This document shows, piece after piece, positions 7,861 to 17,083 of a stretch of 32,000 bases of DNA (its first letter is position 1; every line of letters starts with the position of its first letter). The stretch comes from Candidatus Heimdallarchaeota archaeon B3_Heim (GTDB taxonomy: Archaea > Asgardarchaeota > Heimdallarchaeia > Hodarchaeales > Hodarchaeaceae): the NCBI GenBank assembly GCA_003144275.1, contig NJBF01000001.1, positions 90,001 through 122,000 on the forward strand. Reading direction: 5' to 3'. Both the position numbers and the translations under genes were made by a program. The notes under the pieces were generated by a model. That model did no database searches. It was given only the letters and a program-made list of their open reading frames with translations, and had not been told where the DNA came from.

Positions 7861-9162
7861 CTAGAATTTTCGTTTGGGGTTCTTAATCTTGATTTTCTTT
7901 TTGCAAATTGGACAAAACCCACGAATTTTCAGCCATTCTGCAAGGTGTGAATAATGTGCGGGTGATCCACACTCAGGACACCTTACTAATCTAGTTATGT
8001 CAGTAACTTTCGTTCGACATACTGAACAGTTCTCCTCAACTCTTTGATCAGTAGGATAAACAGATTCAGCTGATAGGGAAGTCGAACCGCCAGATAAAAC
8101 AGCTTCGATATTCTTCGCACGAACTTGGAATGATTTTGCAGCTTGCTTTGATTTCACTAGTTCTGCAGCTTGTCGATAAAGAGAAGCTGAGTAGGTAGGA
8201 TTATGTTCCTCATTAGCCAAAGCAGCCTCTGCGTATACAAATCCAGGTACTTCATCACCAAAGCTTTCGACAAGTTCTTCATAGAGAGCTACAGATTGAT
8301 TGAGATTTTTCTTTCTTAAGAGATCTCTAGCCGAATCCAAAACCTTCAATCGTCTATCAAATTCTTGTATTCTCTCTCTTATTTTTTGATTTTCGTTTTC
8401 AGTTTCTCCCTCGTTTTCCTCGGTTAAAGTACTTAATAGTCCATTTGTGATACTTAAGGAACGTCTAACTTGTTCAATGTCTCCGCTTGCGAAGCTTTTT
8501 TGAATATCACGAATATATCGATTTAATGCTTTTTTTGGATGACTCGTTGTAGAAAGATATTCTTTGGCTAATGAGTCAAAACCCTGCTTTTTTAATTCTG
8601 AAGCGGCTGCAATCAGCACAGTATTTGCTTCCTCTTCAGCTCCCATTGCTCTAAGAAGCTCTGAAGCCTCAATGAACTTTTGATTGGAATAAGCATGCCG
8701 AGCTAAATTCCTTATTGCTTGGTCACGATCATGGATAAACTGTGAGTTTTGATCAATAACTTGGATTGCTGCTGGAATAAAATCAGTTCCTCCAATATCG
8801 ATATAGACTTTTGCTGCTGCAAAAGGTTTTCTGGCAAAAATATATGCTTTAGAGGATTTGTGAGGATCGTTCTTTGCTCCATAAATCCGAGCCAGATTAA
8901 GAAAGGCTCTTTCGATGTTTCGAGGAGTAAATTTTCTTTCCATACTTCTGAGCGCTAAAATTTGAGAAGCTTCTGGTGTTCGCATTACCATATCTGCTGC
9001 CTGACGTATCGAAATTTTTGAATATATTTCCAAAGCGTCTAGATATCTTCCTTGCTCTTCTAAATTGATTGCATTTTGCACTCGTTTACCTTTAGAGCCC
9101 CAAATCTTACGTAAAAATATTATTACGACCCCAATTATAATTAGATATATTAATGTATCCAT
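7861..9162 (-). CDS. Membrane-anchored alpha-solenoid (TPR-like) protein with C-terminal RING-like zinc finger
   Basis: N-terminal hydrophobic helix LIYLIIIGVVIIFL; Ala/Tyr-rich helical repeats; C-terminal CSVC-x12-CPEC-x4-HYSH-LAEW-x6-CPIC. Confidence 0.8.
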   Translation of the reverse strand: MDTLIYLIIIGVVIIFLRKIWGSKGKRVQNAINLEEQGRYLDALEIYSKISIRQAADMVMRTPEASQILALRSMERKFTPRNIERAFLNLARIYGAKNDPHKSSKAYIFARKPFAAAKVYIDIGGTDFIPAAIQVIDQNSQFIHDRDQAIRNLARHAYSNQKFIEASELLRAMGAEEEANTVLIAAASELKKQGFDSLAKEYLSTTSHPKKALNRYIRDIQKSFASGDIEQVRRSLSITNGLLSTLTEENEGETENENQKIRERIQEFDRRLKVLDSARDLLRKKNLNQSVALYEELVESFGDEVPGFVYAEAALANEEHNPTYSASLYRQAAELVKSKQAAKSFQVRAKNIEAVLSGGSTSLSAESVYPTDQRVEENCSVCRTKVTDITRLVRCPECGSPAHYSHLAEWLKIRGFCPICKKKIKIKNPKRKF

Positions 9163-9563
9163 TTACGAAAATTACCACCGAGAAGATTAGTCAATTTATC
9201 CAGATGCCTGATTTCAAAGGTCTTGACAATTTTCTACAACGTATCGTTCACTGAAAGACCTAACAACCTAGATGTGGTGCTTTGTATAATTATTTACTTT
9301 CAAATTTTTAAGATTTTTCTGTTTCGGAATATGTGATTCCAGTTCCTATGTTTGCGGACGAAATCCTAGCATGACTGTATTTCTAAACGTGAATAAAAAA
9401 GTTAACCGAACTATTTCGATAGAAATAGGGAGCTCTCGTTTGTATTCAGCATTTTCTTTGGGATTTGTACAATGAGGCATTCAGTCATGATATCTGGAAG
9501 ACATGCTTCTATTAATTCTAAAATTGGAGATTTCTATTTGTCAAAGAATAGAAGGAAAAAATT

Positions 9564-9869
9564 ATGTCTTCTTGGCAAACATTCTTCAATCAGCTTACAA
9601 AAACATCAAAACAGGACATTCAAGCATCTTGTGACATTATATGCCAATGTGAGAAAGGGAAATTGGTAGCTATAAATGGTTCTAACTTCAAAACCTATAC
9701 CAATTGTTCTATGAGTTTATTTTGCAGTATCATTCAGATAGACAAACATCGAGCTAAAACCTTTAATAATAGAATAACCATTATTCCACGGAAGTCAGGA
9801 ATAGATGAAGAAAATCCCAGTGATAAGATAATCTCACTTGATCATTTGCTAGAGAAAAAGGAAATTTAA
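9564..9869 (+). CDS. Hypothetical protein (101 aa)
   Basis: ATG with purine-rich AGAAGGA upstream; no recognisable family. Confidence 0.4.
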   Translation: MSSWQTFFNQLTKTSKQDIQASCDIICQCEKGKLVAINGSNFKTYTNCSMSLFCSIIQIDKHRAKTFNNRITIIPRKSGIDEENPSDKIISLDHLLEKKEI

Positions 9870-10231
9870 TCTGATCAAATTTGTCCGACAAAAGAATATT
9901 CTCATTTTCACCGCACTCTCTCTTTGAAAACCTTGAAAGGCCTCATCCCCTCAAATCCTTAAGAATCAGAGGTGATGAACAAAATATAGCTCAGTGTTTC
10001 TGGAATACCTCCCTCGTAACTAGGTTAGACGATTTACCCGTCAAAGGTGAGGGAGGGAAGATCAGTGGTTTCAGAAATTCGAAGAATCAAGAGAGAATGC
10101 CATCCCCCTAGTAACAAGTATTCCCTCGAAAACTAATTCATTAGTTGAATTGGTTTTTTCCGGATAGTGGATGTGTGACTCATCCTGTCCAGAATGCGGT
10201 TTTACTGCATTGTTTGACAAATTTAGTCATG
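9870..10231. mobile_element. Putative MITE/non-autonomous element, copy B (362 bp), highly structured
   Basis: Ends TCTGATCAAATTTGTCCGACAA / TTGTTTGACAAATTTAGTCATG. The first ~60 nt after the left end align with copy A. Same CATCCTGTCCAGAA block plus a 15-nt hairpin before the right end. Confidence 0.65.
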
Positions 10232-10252
10232 CCAATTTAATTATAAGCCCCT

Positions 10253-12493
10253 TCAAATGGCTCCTGAAATCTTCTTTATGGCTTTGATCAATAGACCGTT
10301 GGCTTCTTTCCACTTTAATCCTGTTTTTCCCAAGGTTTGGCCCCAAGTTCTTCCTTGAAGAATTCTAGAAATCAATAGCATTTCTTGAGATGAACTTAAC
10401 TTGATATCTAAAGGTGTTACAAAATACGCAATTGCTAACTCTTGCAGTACGTCCACAGCTAATAAAAAATTCAGATATCCTGCATTATATTTTTTCAATC
10501 TGTAATTTCCGCTCTGGGTAATTCTAACCTGGTAGTCTGGAATTGAAACACACGACTGCATAATTAGAAGTACCAATTCAGGCTTTAGCTCAAATAAAGA
10601 CTGTTTCAATAAATGAATAAACTGAAAGAAGAAATCACGAGAAGTTTGTTCAATATGTACTTGTGCTTGATCCGAAAGTGATTTAACAAGAACAATATTC
10701 CATTCCGAAGTCTCAGGAGATTTTATTGGTCGAATATGAATAATTTTGAATCCAAACTTCTTCCAGAATTTTAGAAGTTTGACTGTTGCTCCAAAACTCA
10801 CCCCGATCCAATCAAGTGTATTATATTGTTTGAGAATTCTCTCGATTGCCATTCTCCCTAAACCTTTATTTTTTAATTCAGGATGTGTGGCGATTCTAAC
10901 AATTCTTAAACCCTTAAGTTTCGCAAAATCAGGAGAAAAATATCGAATTCCGATTGCTGGAATAAGATCTCCTTCAATAAACTGGCCTTCATCAATTTTT
11001 GAAACAGTATTATCAGGTAAAGCTCCCTCTTTGGCTAGTTGACATGCTAGAAGAATAGAATTATGTCTATCCTGGATTGAACCAGTAAGATATGCAAGAA
11101 AATGTCGATATGAATCTGCAATCAATAACAGATCATTAGGTTGATTTCTATAATGAGAATAAATTAACAATCCCATTACTTCTCTTAGTAATTTAAAATT
11201 TCTTTCAGAAAACAATTCTGAAGGCTCATCGAGGGTTAATAATTTAGCGTTGTTATTTAGATTATTGAATTCATCTATTTCAATTGATGGCTTCTCCACC
11301 TGTAAGAGGAATGTGTTTTTCAAGAGTTCTTCAATTGAATCACCTTCAGCATAACGAATTGGGTTAGTAAGTGTATATACTTGATGCTTAAAACGGGGTC
11401 GTTTCTTTATCATATTCAAGATTTTGTGTTGGAAACTCCTTCCAGTACCCTCATAACCGTGAATGGTTGATATTAGAATCTTTTTATTCTTACTAAAAAG
11501 AAATTCAGTTAGTTTCTCTTGTGGAAAAGCGGCAGCTTCATCAACAATTAAGATATCTGTTTTTATATCCTTTGAAATTTCTTCTGGATTACGATATTCT
11601 ATCTTGCTCCCCTTAGTAAGATATATCCCTACTATTTGATCACCTGATTTCTGGATATGAAATTCTTGGTCATTCTTTTCTAAGCCTAAAGACAGAAATA
11701 AGAAAACGCTTTGGGTTTGGGAGACAGTCTGAGCAGTAATTGTGACCCGATACTTTTGTGATTTAAAGTTAATTAATGTGTAAGCTATGGCTAGACCTGT
11801 AGCAGCGGATTTTCCTCTTCCACGATCAGCAACAACTACGCTTATCTTACTTGAATTACTTTTCTCTCCAAATTCTTTAGCAAGAGAGAGGATTAAATTG
11901 TACTGACTAACTGAAACTGGGATTTTTAGGAGTTCTTCTGAAAGAATTTTCGTCATTGAAATTGGATTATAATGAGGATAAAGATCTTTTTCCTCATTAA
12001 CAGCCGTAATACAGTTAGTACTGGCCTTAATCCCTTGAAGAAATCTTTTTAGTAAATTTGACCTTTTTGAATGAATGAATCGGTGTTTATTCACAGTTTT
12101 AATCCACAGATCATATTTTTCTCCAATTAGTATGATTATTCCTCCCCCAAGTACTGTTTCACTCAATAAAATCAATTTATTTGGATCAAATTTCTGTCTG
12201 AGGTCAATAACTATGAAATCATGTGTTAATCCAAGTAAAGAGCTGACTTCTCTAAGATAATACTTCTTCACACTAGGAAAATATTTTGCTTTTTTAACTA
12301 TTCTACCAAAAATCCTGTCTTGAAATAATGACTCTTCTCCAATGATTACACCCCTGATGGATATTTGATTTGAATTAACAAGAGAATCAAAAAAATTTAG
12401 TAAAGAAGCAACAGCTTTCTCAAGAGAATCGAAGAGAACAAGAGTTCTAGAGCTAATCTCGGATTGAACACGATTTTGAGAGAAATGTTGCAT
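10253..12493 (-). CDS. tmcA: tRNA/rRNA cytidine acetyltransferase TmcA (Nat10/Kre33 family)
   Basis: ADRGRGKSAA Walker A, DEAAA, STIHGYEGTGR.F, IRYA.GD.IE, HYRNQPNDL, GNAT RIVRIATHP....GLG, FGAT..LL.FW. Confidence 0.95.
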   Translation of the reverse strand: MQHFSQNRVQSEISSRTLVLFDSLEKAVASLLNFFDSLVNSNQISIRGVIIGEESLFQDRIFGRIVKKAKYFPSVKKYYLREVSSLLGLTHDFIVIDLRQKFDPNKLILLSETVLGGGIIILIGEKYDLWIKTVNKHRFIHSKRSNLLKRFLQGIKASTNCITAVNEEKDLYPHYNPISMTKILSEELLKIPVSVSQYNLILSLAKEFGEKSNSSKISVVVADRGRGKSAATGLAIAYTLINFKSQKYRVTITAQTVSQTQSVFLFLSLGLEKNDQEFHIQKSGDQIVGIYLTKGSKIEYRNPEEISKDIKTDILIVDEAAAFPQEKLTEFLFSKNKKILISTIHGYEGTGRSFQHKILNMIKKRPRFKHQVYTLTNPIRYAEGDSIEELLKNTFLLQVEKPSIEIDEFNNLNNNAKLLTLDEPSELFSERNFKLLREVMGLLIYSHYRNQPNDLLLIADSYRHFLAYLTGSIQDRHNSILLACQLAKEGALPDNTVSKIDEGQFIEGDLIPAIGIRYFSPDFAKLKGLRIVRIATHPELKNKGLGRMAIERILKQYNTLDWIGVSFGATVKLLKFWKKFGFKIIHIRPIKSPETSEWNIVLVKSLSDQAQVHIEQTSRDFFFQFIHLLKQSLFELKPELVLLIMQSCVSIPDYQVRITQSGNYRLKKYNAGYLNFLLAVDVLQELAIAYFVTPLDIKLSSSQEMLLISRILQGRTWGQTLGKTGLKWKEANGLLIKAIKKISGAI

Positions 12494-12506
12494 ATTAATA
12501 CTTCTC

Positions 12507-13070
12507 TCATTCTACTTTAATTTTTGTGACCCGTTTCTTCATCGTAGCAAGTATTTCGTTACAAACTTCAAGTGCAATTTCATGTTCTGTTTTTATCGTT
12601 TCAACTTCAGAAACGATTTTTCTTTGTTCTGAATGTGAAATTCGCTTATCAAGTAGTTGTTTAATAGTGTTTAAGCGTGGAAAGCTACTACAGATATGAG
12701 ATTGATTACCTCTTACTTCATCAGTTTCTGATTTCTGAATAAACTTTGCCACTCCGGGAAAAAGTGTGTAATATAGCCGAGGTCTTCCTGGACCTTCTCC
12801 AGGTCGTTCTTTTCCTACGACAAGATTTTGCTTCTTTAGAACATCAAGATGTCTTATGATGGATTGGGGATGATCGTTTAATCGTTTAACAAGATCATTA
12901 ACGAATCCTTCCTTTTGAGCCAATTCTACTAGCATTCGTCTCCTCGTGCGATTTGAGAGTAAATGTAAAATTTTATCAATTCCTTGATAGTTTAAGGATT
13001 TGTTACTTTCTATCTGATATGAGAGGATCTTTAGAATTAATTCTATCTCATCATTTGGATTATTACTCAT
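12507..13070 (-). CDS. ArsR-type winged-helix regulator resembling archaeal heat-shock repressors Phr/HSR1
   Basis: LSNRTRRRML..L......FV.DL......HPQSI.RHL..L....LV......GPGRPR.YY plus a C-terminal helical segment; lies in a hsp20-cdc48 operon. Confidence 0.8.
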   Translation of the reverse strand: MSNNPNDEIELILKILSYQIESNKSLNYQGIDKILHLLSNRTRRRMLVELAQKEGFVNDLVKRLNDHPQSIIRHLDVLKKQNLVVGKERPGEGPGRPRLYYTLFPGVAKFIQKSETDEVRGNQSHICSSFPRLNTIKQLLDKRISHSEQRKIVSEVETIKTEHEIALEVCNEILATMKKRVTKIKVE

Positions 13071-13082
13071 TTGCTTAACCTC

Positions 13083-13916
13083 TTAGACAAAGAATTGGGA
13101 ATCAGTATGTAGAATACTCTTATCTTCAGGAATTCTTTCTTTGGAAGCCTGAAATGTGTCTTTAAAGCTGGAAACTTCCTTCAAAAGATTTGAAAAATCA
13201 TGCTCAATTTTAAAATCGTGTGTAAATACTTTTAACAATTCTAATGCAGAAACAGGATCATAATCAGCGAAAGAATCAACAGTAAGCAATTCAATTGGTA
13301 TATTTTCAACATTCGAATAATATGTCAGAAAAGAGCTGGCTGCCTGTCCCATCATTGTGAAATCGGAATCAATATTTTCTTTAAACTCTACCCCTGATTT
13401 TGATGAATTCACCTGATGGACTTGTGGGACTGATGATGCATCACGACGAAAATTATGCACCCCATCAATTATGATAATTCTTGAAGGGTTTAATTTTAAG
13501 TAAAAAGACCATAATTCATCGGCAAGCTGATAACTGATTACATCAGGAATTGCAAAACTGCTAGTTGTGAGAATAAAACGGTTGGATCCGATTTTGACCT
13601 GAACCAATGAAATTGGGAGAAGGATATCTTCATCAATAAGTTGAATCATTTCATTGAAGTAACTAGAAAAGGCACCAGCCAGTTTTAAGCTCTTTTGACT
13701 AAGTGTTTGTAATTCTTTTGTGACGGTTTGTGCAACTGCTCCATAATATCCTAATAACTCTAAAATTATAATCCCTTCAGTGTTATCTGGTATGGTTCTT
13801 CCTAGAAACCTTAAAGTTTCTTCTTCATCGGCCTTTTCTAACCATTCCTCAATTTCTTCGGTTAATTTCTCAAGATGCATTAAATCACGTCCATAAATAG
13901 TTTCATAAAATATCAC
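13083..13916 (-). CDS. PAC2-family (proteasome assembly chaperone, PbaA/PbaB-like) protein
   Basis: GYYGAVAQ, P...SYQLA..L......IIIIDG, G.AASSFL, YDPVSALELL, C-terminal helix; divergent member. Confidence 0.68.
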   Translation of the reverse strand: MIFYETIYGRDLMHLEKLTEEIEEWLEKADEEETLRFLGRTIPDNTEGIIILELLGYYGAVAQTVTKELQTLSQKSLKLAGAFSSYFNEMIQLIDEDILLPISLVQVKIGSNRFILTTSSFAIPDVISYQLADELWSFYLKLNPSRIIIIDGVHNFRRDASSVPQVHQVNSSKSGVEFKENIDSDFTMMGQAASSFLTYYSNVENIPIELLTVDSFADYDPVSALELLKVFTHDFKIEHDFSNLLKEVSSFKDTFQASKERIPEDKSILHTDSQFFV

Positions 13917-13917
13917 C

Positions 13918-16101
13918 TTAACGATGTTTCGAAGATGTACGAATAGTGCTTACTGCTTTCTCAAAATCATCCATTCTTATTTTTGGTTTTTTTGTTTCAG
14001 TTAAATTTTGAATTTCTATATCAGTAGGTATTTGATTTTTCTCCTTGATTTGAGATAAAAATCGTGAAGTAGCATAAGAAGAAGCTAAATTCACAACGCC
14101 TTTCAAATCAGCTCCACTAAAACCATCTGTAATTTCTGCTAGAGAATCTATAGATATTTTAGAGTCTAATGGTTTGTTCTTAATATGAATCTGTAGGATT
14201 TTTCCTCTCGCAACAGAATCGGGTAATGGCAGCGTAATGATATGATCGAACCTACCTGGTCGTAAAACTGCAGGATCTATCATATCAGGACGGTTGGTTG
14301 CACCAATAACAATTATATCCACAATTTCTTCCAATCCATCCATTTCAGTAAGTAGGGTGGTAACTAATCTTTCAGAGCTGGGATTAGATTCATTTCGGAC
14401 AGGGAAAATCGTATCTATTTCGTCAAAAAATACTATGCATGGAGTAGTCAATCTCGCTTTCCGAAATATTTCTTGAATTGTTCGTTCGCTCTCTCCAATC
14501 CATTTTGAATGGATTTCAGCACCCTTAATAGAAATAAAATTTCTTGATGATTGATTGGCAACTGCTTTTACTAACAAAGTTTTTCCTGTACCTGGTGAGC
14601 CTGTTAGTAATATTCCTCGGGGTGGTTCACTTCCCATGTACCTATATAATGAGGGAAAAATTGTTGGCCACTCAATTGCCTCACGTAATTGTTGCTTTAC
14701 CTCATCTAATCCTCCTATATCATCCCAAGCTACAGTGGGAATATCTATAAGAACTTCTCGCAGTGCACTCGGTTTTATCCCCCTTAGGGCATTTTCAAAA
14801 TCTTCAGCAGTTACAGAAATTTGATTCAATAATTCTACGGAAATCGATTCTCCCCATACAATTTTTGGGAACAGACGTCTTATCGCTTTCATTCCGGCTT
14901 CTTTCGTTAAAGAAGAAAGATCGGCGCCAACAAATCCTTTAGTGTGTTCAACAATCTTACTCATATCGACATCTTCAGCCAATGGCATATATCTTGTTTG
15001 TATTTCGAGAATAACTTTTCTAGCCTCGGATGTTGGAACTGGAATCTCGATCTCCCTGTCAAATCGTCCAGGGCGCCGTAATGCAGGATCAATTGAATTT
15101 GGTCTATTAGTTGCTCCGATAACTATCGTTTCACCTCTCCCACTTAAACCATCCATTAAAGATAACATCTGTGAAACAACACGACGTTCTACTTCTCCTG
15201 AACCTTGATCATCCCTCTTAGGTGCAATACTATCAATTTCATCAATAAATATGATACTTGGTTCATTCTTTGCTGCTTCATCAAATATTTCTCTGATTTT
15301 CTGTTCACTCTCTCCGTAGAATTTTGACATGATTTCTGGCCCAGAAACATGCATAAAATGAGAAGCTGATTCACTAGCAACTGCTTTTGCTAGTAATGTT
15401 TTTCCAGTGCCAGGTGGTCCGTGTAATAGAACACCTTTCGGAGGATTTACTCCCAAGCGTTGAAAAAGCTCGGGATAACGCATGGGTAGTTCAACCATTT
15501 CTCTTAGATTTTTGATTGTTTCATCTAATCCTCCAATATCCTCATAGGAGACCCGTGGAATTGCTTCGCTTTCTGTTTGTTCCTTAAGAGAAGTTGATTC
15601 TTTCGAGTCGATTATAATTTCTGTTTCTTTGTTCACTACGACTGATTCACTGTCTGGCTGGACCTCTACAACTTTATACTCAAAGATATTGTCCATAGAG
15701 CCAAACCGCATTTGATCACCAATTGAAAGCGCTCGTCCTTGCAATTTCTGATTGAAAAATGCTTTGGCATTTCCAATTGTATTTGTTGAGGTAGAAAGTA
15801 GCGTAACTGCAGTCGCAGTAAGGGTTACGGCTTTCCGAATAGTTACATTATCATCTAAATGAACACCTGCATTCTGTCTAGTAATTCGATCAATTAGGAT
15901 GTTATCCAGTGATTCAACACTAGTATAGGTTGGCCATACAATTGCTGAAGTTTTTAACGAATTCTTTCCCTCTACTTCAATTACATCTCCAGATTGTAAA
16001 CTAAGTTGACTCATAATTCTTTTAGCAATACGGGCAATTCCTTTTCCTACATCACGGTATTGTGCTTCAGCAACTTTAAGCTGGTATTCATCAGATTTCA
16101 C
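13918..16101 (-). CDS. cdc48: Cdc48/VAT AAA+ ATPase
   Basis: N-domain plus two AAA modules ([20 protein letters not shown]; [19 protein letters not shown]). Confidence 0.97.
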   Translation of the reverse strand: MKSDEYQLKVAEAQYRDVGKGIARIAKRIMSQLSLQSGDVIEVEGKNSLKTSAIVWPTYTSVESLDNILIDRITRQNAGVHLDDNVTIRKAVTLTATAVTLLSTSTNTIGNAKAFFNQKLQGRALSIGDQMRFGSMDNIFEYKVVEVQPDSESVVVNKETEIIIDSKESTSLKEQTESEAIPRVSYEDIGGLDETIKNLREMVELPMRYPELFQRLGVNPPKGVLLHGPPGTGKTLLAKAVASESASHFMHVSGPEIMSKFYGESEQKIREIFDEAAKNEPSIIFIDEIDSIAPKRDDQGSGEVERRVVSQMLSLMDGLSGRGETIVIGATNRPNSIDPALRRPGRFDREIEIPVPTSEARKVILEIQTRYMPLAEDVDMSKIVEHTKGFVGADLSSLTKEAGMKAIRRLFPKIVWGESISVELLNQISVTAEDFENALRGIKPSALREVLIDIPTVAWDDIGGLDEVKQQLREAIEWPTIFPSLYRYMGSEPPRGILLTGSPGTGKTLLVKAVANQSSRNFISIKGAEIHSKWIGESERTIQEIFRKARLTTPCIVFFDEIDTIFPVRNESNPSSERLVTTLLTEMDGLEEIVDIIVIGATNRPDMIDPAVLRPGRFDHIITLPLPDSVARGKILQIHIKNKPLDSKISIDSLAEITDGFSGADLKGVVNLASSYATSRFLSQIKEKNQIPTDIEIQNLTETKKPKIRMDDFEKAVSTIRTSSKHR

Positions 16102-16137
16102 TTTTCTTTATCTCCAGTCAAAGTTGCATAGATTGCA

Positions 16138-16764
16138 CTAAGCGACATTAATTTTGGTACCAGATTGTTCTAAACACTCTTCTTTGGTCAGTTCAACCTC
16201 AAGAACTCCATTTTTAAATTTAGCAGTTGCAGATTCAGGAACAATTGTACAAGGAAGATCGACTTCTTTATAATACTTCCGACGGTGATCATCTGACTCG
16301 GCTTGTATTAATAGACTTTTTTCTGTGGCAGATAGGTCTACATTCTCCTTTTTTACACCTGGAATTTCAGCAATAACCCGTAGAACTTCTGTATCCTCAA
16401 TAACATCAACAAGTGGTTCACGTTCGGGAGAAGTTCTATATTGGCTTTTTCCAGATTCTACTTTCTGTGGAGTATTACCGAACCTTTCGATATGGGGACG
16501 CCCATCTGGACCGTTCGTCATCCGAAATCCCCATACAAATCCTGGAGTATCTTTAAGGCCACCTTTTGGGGAAATGAAGTTAAATCGCCGTAATAGATCT
16601 TCGATAAACATGTCCATTGTATCGAAGACATTTTCAAAATCAAACCCCGCACCAAACTGATTCATGAAATGGTTGATAAAGTCATCAAAGGGGTTTTCAT
16701 TTCGTCGTCTCCGCCTTGGAAAGCGGTCATCATCAGCATTATTATCTCCTGTAGAGTTAGGCAT
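16138..16764 (-). CDS. hsp20: Small heat-shock protein Hsp20 (archaeal type)
   Basis: GF.MT.GPDGRP.IERFGN, REPLVDVIE, AEIPGVKKE, A.FKNGVLEV.L.K, C-terminal I.V motif. Confidence 0.95.
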   Translation of the reverse strand: MPNSTGDNNADDDRFPRRRRRNENPFDDFINHFMNQFGAGFDFENVFDTMDMFIEDLLRRFNFISPKGGLKDTPGFVWGFRMTNGPDGRPHIERFGNTPQKVESGKSQYRTSPEREPLVDVIEDTEVLRVIAEIPGVKKENVDLSATEKSLLIQAESDDHRRKYYKEVDLPCTIVPESATAKFKNGVLEVELTKEECLEQSGTKINVA

Positions 16765-16819
16765 ATCACATCTCTTCCTTTACTTCTGGATTTATTTGAT
16801 TAACAATAATAGGAAGTGA

Positions 16820-16827
16820 TTTATAAA
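16820..16827 (-). promoter_or_regulatory. Candidate TATA box (TTTATAAA) of the hsp20 operon
   Basis: Palindromic TTTATAAA preceded on the minus strand by purine-rich GAATAAA; about 55 nt upstream of the hsp20 ATG. Confidence 0.5.
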
Positions 16828-16846
16828 TTTATTCACAAGGGATAAT

Positions 16847-16870
16847 TTTATTCACAACTAGTGATGAAAT
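16847..16870. promoter_or_regulatory. Candidate Phr-type heat-shock operator
   Basis: TTTATTCACAACTAGTGATGAAAT fits the Pyrococcus Phr consensus as I recall it (TTTAnnnACnnnnnGTnAnnAAAA) with one mismatch; core TCAC-N5-GTGA; the left half is repeated at 16828-16838. Confidence 0.65.
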
Positions 16871-17083
16871 TAAATATGTCTCGAAGTAACGAATAGTGGA
16901 AGAATTCTTTCTAAATATTGCTAAAACTCTAAAAATTTTGCCTTAATATGGGAATATAGTCATTAAAATTCTCTAATCGCAGAAATGAAATTTACCCTTT
17001 TTCGAATATTTTTTATACCTCTCACCCGCATCTACCAATATACAACAACAATAATTGCTGAATTAGATTCCGAGGAACCTACA

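Noticed and set aside
9881-10111. 76-aa ORF inside element copy B as a transposase remnant
   Set aside because: TTG start lies within the terminal repeat; no DDE, HUH or serine-recombinase motif; the sequence is better explained by hairpins.
14294-15380. Several short ORFs within cdc48 (and similar ones inside rps4, rps11, cbf5, GT2, rnz, tmcA, hsp20, amrS, aCPSF, mutS, mptE)
   Set aside because: Antisense or alternate-frame shadows of well-supported genes.
16828-16857. TTTATTCACAA direct repeat as a CRISPR or iteron remnant
   Set aside because: Only two 11-bp units 19 bp apart; better explained as operator half-sites.
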